Assembly (NCBI RefSeq): GCF_006345805.1
Contig: NC_043015.1
Span: 10,974,001-11,038,000 of the forward strand
Length of the DNA stretch: 64,000 nucleotides
Direction of reading: 5' to 3'
Source: Octopus sinensis
Lineage: Eukaryota
The position numbers and the translations under genes are program-made. Of the stretch, positions 14,153 through 24,856 are shown piece after piece. Positions within the stretch are counted from its first letter, which is position 1, and every line of letters starts with the position of its first letter. The notes beneath the pieces are model-generated. The model ran no database searches and was not told the DNA's origin. It saw only the letters and a list, made by a program, of their open reading frames with translations.

Positions 14153-15535
14153 TTACTCACGTTGCGAGAGGGAGCCTGACAGATTCTTTCTGCCTGTCTC
14201 CCCCCCACTCGCCGTTGCTGCTGGGTGTTTCACCGGCGTTGCCACCGGGCTCTGGGTTGGTGTGGCTGCCGGGCTAACGGGTAATTTCCCAGTTGTCACC
14301 TCCTGGGTGACATCCTTAATGAAGCCGGCTTTTACGTGGCTTTGTAAGGTTTTTGTCTTTCCATCCTTCTTCGCCGACCCTTCCATATCGCCACTCCGCT
14401 TCCTTCTCGGTCGCTTTGTAGCACCTGATCAGCGTACTTGCTTTCACCCATGTTTCTACTCTCACGTTCTTTGTGGTGTATGCAATAATTTTTCGTTGGG
14501 TTTAAACCCTTTTACAGTTGGGGGTGGGGTTTGTTAAAGTGCTGGCCTATAAGTGTAGTACCGCCGGGGTGGGATTGGAGAATATTTTTAATTTGTTCGT
14601 CTGCGTTTTTTTTTTTTTGATACGGGTGGGGAGTCAGGGGTGATGGATTTTTTCCTTTTTGTTGGACACGTTCGTAAATCCATGTCTTCTTGTTTATTTG
14701 TTTTGTTGTCATTATTTTCCTCATCCTTTCCTTTCTCATTTTGCATTTCGTTCTTGTCTTCCTCCTTTTTGGAGTTCGACCTGTTTATTTTTTCCTCCTT
14801 GTTTTCGCCAGCCGTTACTTTTTTCTCCACTTTGCTGCTTTCTGCGTTCTTCACAGCGTTTTGTGGGGGGGCGTTGCCCGCATTATTTTTTTTTTGTGCA
14901 AACGGAGCGAACGTGGCCCTTTTGCCCGCACTTAAAACATCTGGGCCTGCGTCCTTCCACCGAAACTCGTATGGAGTGCCCCTCCCCCACGAAGACTCTG
15001 TCTGGTAGGCTTTCCAACGTCGCATTTTCCGCCTGGATTATCATCTCCAGCTGCTGGCCTCTCCAGTGTTTTGCAATTTTTCTCTTCATACTTAAAATTG
15101 TCAATTTTGATTCAACATCAAAAATGACCGCTGTTGCCGCCCACATCACGTCGTAGCCCGTTGGTATATCTTCTAGGGTCACTTTTGCGGTTCTGCATCC
15201 TAAATATAAGGGTAGCAGTATTATACTCTCGTTTTCCAACGTTTGTGTCGAAATTTGCCTTGCTACTTCCGCCGTTTCAAAATGCGCCCCACTGTAGCGC
15301 TTCTTGCACCTCGGTTGACATGACTAACTTTACTCCATATTGGAGCCATACACTTTTCGACCATTTCGTTTTTCACGTCGGTCATTCGTTTTTCCTTGAT
15401 ATTGTACACCCTGTAGGTGACCATTTTTTCCTTTATTGCTTGTATAGTTTCGGGGGGCGGTACCAATCGTGTTTCTTCGCCACTTTTTTGCACCAGCGAT
15501 CTAAACTTGAATAATCTTTCCATTGATACCTCCAT
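14153..15535 (-). pseudogene. Tx1 ORF1 (gag-like, CCHC knuckle), frameshifted
   Basis: VEGRRPRCFKCGQKGHVRSVC knuckle followed by a K/E-rich low-complexity tail; lies directly upstream of ORF2. Confidence 0.85.
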
Positions 15536-16224
15536 TTCTTCGACTTCGCCACCTACGGCGTCTGAAAACTGGGTTTTGTCTGTGTTTCCTTTTGTTTAAC
15601 AGTTGTTATACTTTCTCCCATCTCGGGAAAGTCTTTTTTTTGAACTTAAGTCTAATTCCATATTAGACAACACAAACTTGTCACAAATGACAAGAGAATT
15701 TTTTTTTTTTCCAAAAATAACCTATACAGGTTAAGAGTTCACACAAAACAGCACACAGAAATTTTCTACCCCGAAGGGCGAAAATTACTGGGTCAAAAAC
15801 AGTTCAACAATGATATTACTTGTAACACGACAGAGTAGACAAACGGAAACGAACTCACACAACGATTTGCAGCAACAGAAAAATATTGGTATACGCCGAG
15901 GAAAAATTCAAAAAACACCAGGTAGCGATGAAAGTGAAGGCTCCTTTGCAAATAGATATACGTTTTTCTAATGGCGTCTGCCACTGATGTCGAAAAACGA
16001 ACAGGAAGCATAATTAAATCTCAGAATGAGATTGAAACAGTAATCGCTCGATAATGTAAAGTATAGAGGCCATCTTATCATGGCTAACCACATTGGGGAG
16101 GTGGTGTTACTGTAGCTTTATAGCCCCAAGAGATCTTCGTCTCTAGCTGGATCTAGACACAATATCTGTGTCCTTGGAGTATTTGCAAAGGGAGGCCATC
16201 CCTTTCTCGCAAGCCTGAGTGATA

Positions 16225-16267
16225 CGCTCGAACCAGTTTCGGGATTGTTGTCCCTCGTCAGCGGGCG
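16225..16267 (-). ncRNA. Minimal type I HHR, intact core
   Basis: cgcccg-CTGACGA-ggga caacaa tccc-GAAA-ctgg-TT-cgagcg; predicted cut between 16231 and 16230. Confidence 0.8.
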
Positions 16268-16390
16268 GTAACCACCAGGTAGCGTTGAAAGTGAAGGCTC
16301 CTTTGCAAGTGGTTAGTCATGATAAGATGCTTCTATACTTTACATTATCGAGCGATTACTGTTTCAATCTCATTCTGAGATTTAATTATG

Positions 16391-16429
<39 letters not shown>

Positions 16430-16432
<3 letters not shown>

Positions 16433-16752
16433 GATAAGGATAAGATCGTTAATTTAAAATAAAATGACGAACCTATCAAGCGGTCAGCATAGAAAAAACA
16501 ACCTTCAAAGATAATAATTACTAAAATTGTAAATTAGGGTACCTACGAGATACCACCATGCAAACATAGCAGCTATGAACCAACTCTAAAACCACCTATA
16601 TAATTATTCAGTAAATTTTTACTAGTTTCATCTTGTCCCTTTGTATTTCCTCCATGTTGCTATATGTAAACTTAATGTGGTTTTAGAGTCGGTTCATGCC
16701 TGCTATTTTCAGCATGGTGGTATCTCGTAGATACCCTAATTTATGATTTCAA
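16430..16752. mobile_element. TA-flanked fold-back element (Penelope-type inverted end)
   Basis: Inverted arms at 16530-16595 and 16677-16743; an HHR half motif GAAACTAGTA on the minus strand at ~16620-16629. Confidence 0.55.
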
Positions 16753-16764
16753 TATATATATATA

Positions 16765-17190
16765 TAAACAAAGGACAAAAGAAAAATTACTTCTATGCCA
16801 ATATGCTGTAAAACAGACTCTAAGTCATCTATTTCCACATATCATTATACACTCACTAATTATAAATATACTTCGTGCTGAAAACGGGAATCTAGTGAAC
16901 AGAATTTTTAAAAAATGGTCATTATATCTATTTTGAATCAATTTCGGAATTAAATCCCATCGATTTTTTCCTCGTCACTAGAAAACACGATAAGAAATAA
17001 ATGAAATACTTATACGCACCCATGGAAAGAAGCAGAAGCAAAAGACATGAGTACACATAAGTACTTTAATTATATCTAAATTTAAAATCCTTTAGCCAGC
17101 CCCAGCACACGTGTGAACTGTTCCGAACCTCAGCTAATATTGGTTACCAGTCCCGTAAGTGAATGGTGATAAATCTACTATTAATATAGG
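16765..17190 (-). mobile_element. Penelope-like pLTR remnant, same family as 18440-18880
   Basis: Co-linear similarity (gcccatggaaa..gcagaagcaaaa..catgagta..ggttaccagtccc). Decayed HHR at 16927-16983 with core GTGACGA. Confidence 0.65.
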
Positions 17191-17962
17191 ATGAAATGTT
17201 TTACCCTCCGTGGTACAAGTCCTAGCAAGTTAGTTTATGGAAAACCAGCAGTCGCCCTGCATACCAGCCTCCCCTCCCCTCTCCCCCATGATATCCAACG
17301 AGCCAAAGGCCAATACAGCTTAGCGCCATTGACGCTGCAACTCATTTTTACAATACACAGCATTTCTGAAAAATGAAAACCTTGTTTTATACACCCGTAT
17401 ATTGAGATCAGTGTCCATATCCTTTTTCTACGATCATAGAATTATTGTTAGAGGATCGTTAGCTTAATTATTTCTTTTACGTCTGGTTGGTATGTAATTG
17501 TATAAATGTATTTCTGTATTTGGTTTCTACTGTATTGCGTGAAAACATCCTGATGTAGGGAGTGTAAGTTTAAAAAATATGAAATATATCATTTTAATTG
17601 GCACGCCTCTGAGAATTTTAAATTATTTTCGTGGTATTTTATGAGAATTTTAAATTATTTTCGTGGTATTTTAGTACATCCTTTTAATGTTTTATCATCT
17701 CAAATTTTTATTACACCAATGTATTATAACTTTTAAATCTAAAATTCACGGTATTTTATGTATCACATCGATATTTACCTATTTATATATAATTTTATAT
17801 TCCTATATTTGGAATTTTTATATCCGTTTTATTAATGTAGAAGAATATATATATATATATTTGATTTTGAGTGTGATTATTAATTATGTTACTCTAGTTT
17901 CCGCTTGCATTGCCTCCATTGAGATTATGTGTATATATATAGATATATATGTGTATGCGTGC

Positions 17963-17997
<35 letters not shown>

Positions 17998-18439
17998 TGT
18001 GTGTGTGTCAGTAAAATTTTGACCAATGGGTATATGGCAGTTAGTGTGCTGATATTGAGTAAAGCACTCGCACAGTTCATCCGTAGACGGGGCACATTTC
18101 AGTTGGATCTACTTCAGGGATTCCACATTTTTAGTTGAGACAATAATTAATGATGTAAACAGGTGATGGATTTGATATAACTCTGCATGACGATGATTTC
18201 CACCTATCCTGCTACATCCTTTACGGGTGAGAAGCTGTGCATCATATTGTCTTGAAACAATTTTGAATTCTGGGTCACATCAGGTACATTCATACATAAA
18301 GTGGTGTCTCGTTAAAGATCTGGAGTTTGGGCGGCCATATTGTTACTCGCCTGATTCAGTTTGGAAATTAGGCATTGGTCCGATTGTCCTTATTATTAAA
18401 TATCCATATCAAATAATATATATATATATATACAACTTA

Positions 18440-18880
18440 TAATCGTCAATTTCCACCTAATTTACTTGCTACAGAAAAAAGAAACGAAGAACTGAAATCG
18501 GGCAAGCCGGCCGATAGAAGTTTTAAAAAGTTCGTTACTTCTATATTGAATCAATTTCGAAATTAATCTCATAAAAGATTCATTCCTCTTCAGTAGAACT
18601 TACGAAAAAATATGAATAAGACATGCGCCCATGGAAAAAGCCGAAGCAAAAATCATGAGTATATTTAAGTACCCCAGATATATCTGAAAATAAAATTCTC
18701 TGGTCAGCCTCAGTACAACGTGTTGACTGTTCCCCACTACAGGTTATAGTGGTTACCAGTCCCTATAGCGAGTATGTGGCAGCATTTACGGTTAAATTTA
18801 TAAACAACTTATAAGTAAGGCTTAAGAAAATTATTCCAATGCCAATATGCTGATAACAGACTATTAAATCGCCAATTATA
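18440..18880 (-). mobile_element. Penelope-like pLTR remnant with HHR
   Basis: Diverged sister of 16765-17190; ends with 'atgccaatatgctg..aacagact', the motif that begins the other copy (circular permutation/tandem unit). Confidence 0.65.
18539..18598 (-). ncRNA. Type I hammerhead ribozyme, intact core
   Basis: ttcta-CTGAAGA-ggaat...atttc-GAAA-ttgattcaa-TA-tagaa; perfect stem I. Confidence 0.8.
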
Positions 18881-20009
18881 TATATAATGTATACACAAGA
18901 GTAAGTAAATGGGAAAGAGACATAAATATCATGAGGCCGGTGAGGAAAAATTAGATTACATTAAGTTTAAAGCGAGGGAAGCGTTGCAGAATAAGGAAAG
19001 AAGGAAGATATGCAGCCGAAATTTTGTGGGAGGGCGACGTAGATAACATGGGACCTGTTGAGGGAGGTTATCAAAAGTTTGTCATCGCAGTTACTTTAAG
19101 GTTATGGCAATTTTTATACAGGTGTCATGGAGGAGACATTGTACCAATTCCATATTCTGCTTAGTTAATCGATTATTATATCTATGCATAAGCACACACA
19201 CACACACACACACACGCAACTATATAATGCAGAGCAATTATGTATACCTATTACCAAAGACACTTTGTAGTTGTTGTCATTCGAAATTTTAATGGGGATA
19301 TTATTTTAGTATCAATTTGCTTCCCGTCATTTAGTGTTTTTGTTAAATTAGACTAATGGACTTGCTTGTCTTGACTTGTTTATGTGAATGAATACATTTA
19401 CTTCGTCTTTCATTAGATATTTTAGACTCATTAATTAATCATTATTATTATTACGCTCCTGTATTATGGAATTGCACAAGTATTATTTCCTTTTGTACAT
19501 GTTCTGCATTTTGATCCGTCTATTTGATTCTGAGGGAGTCAAATACAGTATATAGACAGATAGTGACTACCACAGGCATATATTGGATATGTAATAAAAA
19601 ATATCAAATATATACTCTTTTACTCTTTTAATCTTTTAATTGTTTCAGTCATTTGACTGCGGCCATGTTGGAGCACCGCCTTTAGTCGGGTAAATCGACC
19701 CCGGGACTTATTACTTGTAAGCCCAGTACTTATTCTATCGGTCTCTTTTGCTGAACCGCTAAGTTACGAGGACGTAAACACACCAGTCGGTTGTCAAGCA
19801 ATACTAATGAGACAAACACATACACACAAACACATACACACACATATATATATATATATACATATATACGACGGGCTTCTTTCAGTTTCCCATTACCAAA
19901 TCCACTCACAAGGCATTGGTCGGCCCGGGGCTATAGCAGAAGACACCTGCCCAAGATGCCACGCAGTGGGACTGAACCCGGAACCATGTGGTTGGTTAGC
20001 AAGCTACTT

Positions 20010-22276
20010 TATTTCAAAACACTTTCCATAAAGGCAGTACACAGATTAAGTTAGCTTTGCGGGCTGGACGAGGACATTAATGAAGTGAATGATAATGAAA
20101 GGCAGATGATAAGGATGGGAGAAGACAAAAAGCGCCCGCCGACTTTCGCTTCTCTAAAACATTGTTCTTTTTAACGATAAACACAAAACGAGGTATTAAA
20201 CCTCTTACAATTTTCCCAATTTTTGGACTTAGCAGTCCATTATTAATAAAAATACAAAACGAGGTATTAAACCTCTTACAATTTTTCAATTTTTGGACTT
20301 AGCAGTCCATTACTAATAATAACAGTTCAATAATTACGTATCGTCCTCGAAATAGCTTGTGCCCGCGCCCTCCACCATCAACCACGCCTCCCTCAGAACG
20401 TAATCAAGTTCCGAGTTCGCGTCGCCCGCGACCAAGCTATAATCTTCATTGAGCTCTTTTAGCCCAAGCGTCACGTCGAACCCCACGGCCTTCACAGCTA
20501 TCTGCGGAGGCCATTCGGGGTCGTGTGAAGGCTAAAGGTGCTCCCTTGTGGTGCTCTTCCATCATTTTTTTTCAATTTCTCCTCCTCTATAGAAGAGGAC
20601 CAATACGTTCAGTTCTTTCGTTGGCGGCACAGTTCCCGCCAACGGTATTCCTTCTCTTGTCGGTGGCACAACCCCAACCGACGTAGTTCCGGGACATTCC
20701 GGTGCTACACTGACAGCCGGTAATGTCCCGTTTTTCTTCCTCTTTTTCTTTTTTTTTCCCTTTTCAACTGAGGGATGGTGCGTCTCCTCCGTGGCTGGAA
20801 GATTCGCCTTCCTCTCCTCATCCCTATTATCCTTTGGTGAGCACCCATTGTTGCTCACCTTCCTCTTTCGGCCTCTGTTTGAGGAGTCCTCTGCTTTCTC
20901 GGCCGTTATCGTTCCCTCTTCTAGAGGGGTTTTACTTAACTGTTCCGGGATCCTATTTTGTTCCCGAGGACAGTTCTTCTTTATGTGGCCGGACTCCAAG
21001 CACCGATGACACTTAGGGGGGGGGCGACCCTCAAGCATCACCGGGTACCTGCACCCGGCTATTTTCAAAAAATCTGGAAGAACCAGATTGGCTGATTGGG
21101 TCCACAGGGTCAAAATTGCTTTTGACCCAACCCAAGCAGCCGCAGGAAGAACTTTTACATTAAGGAGCTTAGTTTCGCTGCCACCCAGACCCCGGCGGAT
21201 AGTCTCCTCTATCCATTCGGGTTCTATGTCGGGTGGCAGTCTGCAAATCCAAGCTTTCATCAATTTCTTTTTTTTGTACGTGGGCAGGAATAAGATTTCC
21301 TTACCCTCCAGGGGTTTGCTAGCAAATTTGCAAGCCTCTTCAGGGGTGTCAAATAGCAACCACACCGTTGCATATTTGACACCCCTGGAAATGAATTTAA
21401 TTGTTGGCAAATACTCTTCCAACTCCTTTTCAATTGCCGTCTTTTCGAATAGGGCGATGGTGTCGAGTGCCTTGGAGTAGGTTCTCAACACCACCGTCCT
21501 ATCTTCACGGTCTTTTAACCACTTTTTAGGTGGTATGATTTCCCACTCCAAAATGTTGTTATTTTTCATTGCCATGTTTTTTTAAATATATTCAAATTAA
21601 ACTCAAAAAGCAAGAAGTAAAAAGTTCAAAAGTCCAAATAAAATTTGATAGATTTTTGAAAAAACAAAAAGGAGAAAGCACAACAGAAGGGAAGAAATCA
21701 ACGGAAAGTCGCAATAAAGAAAAACAAAACAAAAGGGGGGGTTAAATGAAGTTCAAAAGAAAGTTAATAAACAGAAAAAACACAGCAAAAATATTCTGGC
21801 CTTGCGGTACTCCCGGCCTGGGTTGAACCTGGAACGCCGCAACTCCAACACAACCTTCACAAAAATGGGTCTGAAAGGTAATCCAATAGTGGCTTATTTT
21901 TATAATTTTCTTGCGAAGTACTCTGACAAGGGAATAAATTCAACAAACCCAAACACAGCACTGGCTACCGCCAACGGTAATTTTAACAGTAACTCTATTG
22001 AATTCCGAGGATACGCCCCTCCACTGTTTTTTCTTTTTTTTTTGTCAACGAACACAAAAACGGCAGCCGCCGAGAGCAGGCGAAATTTTCTCAGAGTTGG
22101 ACACAACTTACTGAAATAATAATTGGCACGCAATAAATTATGCCCAACTCACAATAAACAAAATCACTTACCTCGACAACTTTCCGTTTTTGGTCTTTTT
22201 TCTTTAATTGGACGGAGCTGGTTGACTTGCGTCCACTCTGGGTGAACAGGAAGCAACTGACTAACTGCACATGTGT
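20010..22276 (-). mobile_element. ORF1-only (HAL1-like) non-autonomous Tx1-related retroelement
   Basis: 15-bp TSD GTTAGCAAGCTACTT at 19995-20009 and 22277-22291; one gag-like ORF, no APE or RT, ends at AATAAA. Confidence 0.85.
20562..21575 (-). CDS. Tx1-like ORF1 protein with CCHC zinc knuckle
   Basis: 337-aa ORF. LPDFLKIAGCRYPVMLEGRPPPKCHRCLESGHIKKNC aligns with the neighbouring Tx1 ORF1. A further open stretch (PSHDPEWPPQ...YFEDDT*) ending at 20334 is probably the disrupted C-terminus. Confidence 0.8.
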   Translation of the reverse strand: MAMKNNNILEWEIIPPKKWLKDREDRTVVLRTYSKALDTIALFEKTAIEKELEEYLPTIKFISRGVKYATVWLLFDTPEEACKFASKPLEGKEILFLPTYKKKKLMKAWICRLPPDIEPEWIEETIRRGLGGSETKLLNVKVLPAAAWVGSKAILTLWTQSANLVLPDFLKIAGCRYPVMLEGRPPPKCHRCLESGHIKKNCPREQNRIPEQLSKTPLEEGTITAEKAEDSSNRGRKRKVSNNGCSPKDNRDEERKANLPATEETHHPSVEKGKKKKKRKKNGTLPAVSVAPECPGTTSVGVVPPTREGIPLAGTVPPTKELNVLVLFYRGGEIEKK

Positions 22277-22319
22277 GTTAGCAAGCTACTTACCACACAG
22301 CCACTCCTGCGCCTATGAA

Positions 22320-22640
22320 TATATACATATTCAGACGAATACTTGGCTTTAGGGTAAGAAGTTTGCCTGCCAAGTAAATGGTCTCAGTTTCATCCCAATT
22401 TGTCCAAATTTGGACAAGAACCTTCGAGCCGACAAACGCATTTTCGTCGGATTTGGTTGTCAGAAGTTGTACGAAACCAGACGACTGCGTGTGTGTTTCT
22501 CTCTGTGTGTGTATGTGTGTGTGTGTGTAAGTGTGTGTGTGCGTCTGTGTGTGTGTGTGGTAAAAATAATGCTTTGCAACCACATGATTTTTCGGACCGA
22601 GTGTGTCGATTTGGTAGACGGAATCTGAAAGAAGCCCACT
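22320..22640 (+). mobile_element. Older diverged SINE copy
   Basis: 'ggtaagaagtttgc..atggtctcagtttcatccc..gagccgacaaacgc..tttggtagacggaatctgaaagaagccc' matches the SINE family body. Confidence 0.6.
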
Positions 22641-22665
22641 CTCTCTCTCTATCTCTCTCTGTCTC

Positions 22666-22723
<58 letters not shown>

Positions 22724-22735
22724 ATATATATATAT

Positions 22736-22794
<59 letters not shown>

Positions 22795-22994
22795 TTGGTA
22801 GACGGAATCCCATTATATATATAAATATATATTTCCGTCTACCAAACCGTCTACCAAATCGACTCACAAGGCTCTGGTCGGTCCGAAAAAAACCATGTGG
22901 TTGCGAAGCATTATTCTTACCATATATATAAATATATATATATATATATGTGTGTGTGGTGTGTGTGTGTGTGTGTGGCTAGTTAGTTAGATAA

Positions 22995-23025
<31 letters not shown>

Positions 23026-23326
23026 ATAATATATGTGCGCATATATATGCGTGTGTGAGCACCAGGTACTTAGATAGTAAAAGCATCACGGTAAAGTCAG
23101 AGATAGCGCACCAGTACACTAACACTGTATACACTCCCAGTCGTAACGTTGTGGGTAGGATCATGCGCTGTGTTCTATTTGTGAGAAATTCCAATTGATA
23201 ACTTCGCATCTGAAGAAAATTTTTTTTTTTTACATGGCGTAACGATTTTACTCTTCAACATAGAACACGTCTGAAAAAGCTGTAGTTTATGTTAACTCAT
23301 CCATGTTATTGCGTCTACATAGATAC

Positions 23327-23391
<65 letters not shown>

Positions 23392-23417
23392 TGTGTGTAT
23401 ACACTTACATACATATA

Positions 23418-24680
23418 CAGCGTGGTGAGTAAACTGACATTGAAATTACGCAAAAATGAAAATAACATTGAGACCTCATTCTAACAGATATATTTACGAA
23501 AATTGTATAAAAATATTTTGAAATACTAAACAGTAAATATATTCAATAAACTCGACATTGGTTTCAACCACGATCTCCAGACGACTTCGGATCCTTCTGG
23601 AATCTTCTCGATGGTCTCCTTCTTTCAGTTGGTGAATGCTGCTATAATTCTTGCCTTCAGTTCGTCTTAGGTCTTACAAGGTGGTTTGTTTTTTGTCGTT
23701 GAAATGCGTCCCGCATGTGATAATCAACAGGTTGCAATCTGGGAAGTTAGGCGACCGGTTGTCAGGGGTTATGTGGTCGCAGAAATTGTTTGACAGTGAT
23801 TATTGTGTTCTTCTGCTTGAGTAGCATGGTGCAGATAATTGTTACCTGACGTAGGGTCATCCAGCATCCAAGCTATTGACCCAAAGCAGCACTATCTCCT
23901 CCAGGCACTTAATGTAGGCCTCCGTGTTGAGTGTGAGGTCGTGTGGGAAGAGGAATGGAGGCATTACGTCGCCATCACTAGCGATCACTCCAAACACCAA
24001 GATATTGACTGGGTTTTTGATGTTTACCATTCTCGGTAGATATTTTGGGGACAAAGTAAGCCAACGGTTGTTTTGGATGTTCATCATCTGATCCTGGCAA
24101 AGATTTTTATCGTCCAAGAAAACCAAAAACATGTTGCGTTGGAGGGAATAGTTGAGTTTTGTCAAATGCTTTGTAGCGCGGTCTTTCTTCTTGTCCTTGA
24201 TGGCTTGGTATAAAAATTGGCCCTTTCTCATCTTGTATGAGGAGTACCGAATGTATTCTTGCACTACCTAACTGATAAGATACTCAGACACTCCCATGTC
24301 TTTGGCGATAGACCTGATTGACTTGGAGGGATCCTTGTTAATCATGGAATGGATCTCACCAACAAATTCAGGAGTTTTTTTCTCATCGAAACGATCAGAG
24401 TTCATTACACTTATCCAACTCTTTGTGAATATTTATGCACTGTCCTCAGTTTGACACAAATCCGAAATATTCGTATTGCAGCATCCGGCGCGAATGCCAA
24501 GCAATACAGCATGTCGTTTCCAAATTTCTGAAAGAGGGAATTGCGTCATGGGGCTGTTTGTTTCACAGAGGGTGCCCAACTAACCGTTCTATACTGTCTA
24601 TTAGACAAAATCAAAATCAAACAATGTATATGCCCGAAGTTAAAGCTCTAAAATGGCAACAATATACACATCGTGCCCTG
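23418..24680 (-). mobile_element. Decayed Tc1/mariner element, maT (DD37D)-like
   Basis: TA-flanked CAG...CTG ends; VFGVIASDGDVMPPFLFPHDLTLNTEAYIKCLEE and an SPNFPDCN remnant of the WPPNSPDCNPLD motif. Confidence 0.8.
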
Positions 24681-24688
24681 TATGCGTA

Positions 24689-24724
<36 letters not shown>

Positions 24725-24821
24725 GTTAATCCAAACAAGAAAGCACAAAAAACACAACAAGGCGAGGACATGGAGCAAATATAGTATTATTGGTCGCTCA
24801 GGAAAAAAGGAAAGAAGGGGG

Positions 24822-24856
24822 GTTTAACGTTTCGAGCGGAGCTCTTCGTCGGAAAC
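24822..24856 (-). ncRNA. Minimal HHR in a short pLTR-like repeat (24722-24932)
   Basis: gttt-CCGACGA-agagctccgctc-GAAA-cg-TT-aaac. ACGT stem III is typical of Penelope minimal HHRs; U4>C variant. Confidence 0.7.

Larger units (their letters stand above)
10399..15915 (-). mobile_element. Near full-length Tx1-clade (L1 group) non-LTR retrotransposon
   Basis: 18-bp TSD CACCAGGTAGCGATGAAA at 10381-10398 and 15916-15933. ORF1 with zinc knuckle, ORF2 with APE, RT and zinc finger. The 3' end reads AATAAAG followed by A4. Confidence 0.93.
10161..16391 (-). mobile_element. Non-coding HHR-bearing tandem repeat (retrozyme/Penelope pLTR-like, ~357-nt unit) split by a Tx1 insertion
   Basis: 10163-10398 plus 15934-15950 repeats 16055-16308 with few mismatches. 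Inverted arms at 16008-16091 and 16309-16391; (TA)n flanks. Confidence 0.8.
19613..22313 (-). mobile_element. tRNA-derived SINE split by an insertion (19613-20009 plus 22277-22313)
   Basis: Same family as 33857-34267 and 47161-47532. A-box GTGGCTGTGTGG, B-box GGTTCAGTCCC, AAAGAGTA-type tail. Confidence 0.9.

Noticed and set aside
16008-16391. MITE interpretation of the 84-bp inverted arms
   Set aside because: The tandem partial copy and internal HHR fit a Penelope/retrozyme structure better than a DNA-transposon MITE.
17610-17673. ~32-bp direct repeat
   Set aside because: A simple two-unit slippage duplication with no spacer; not CRISPR-like.
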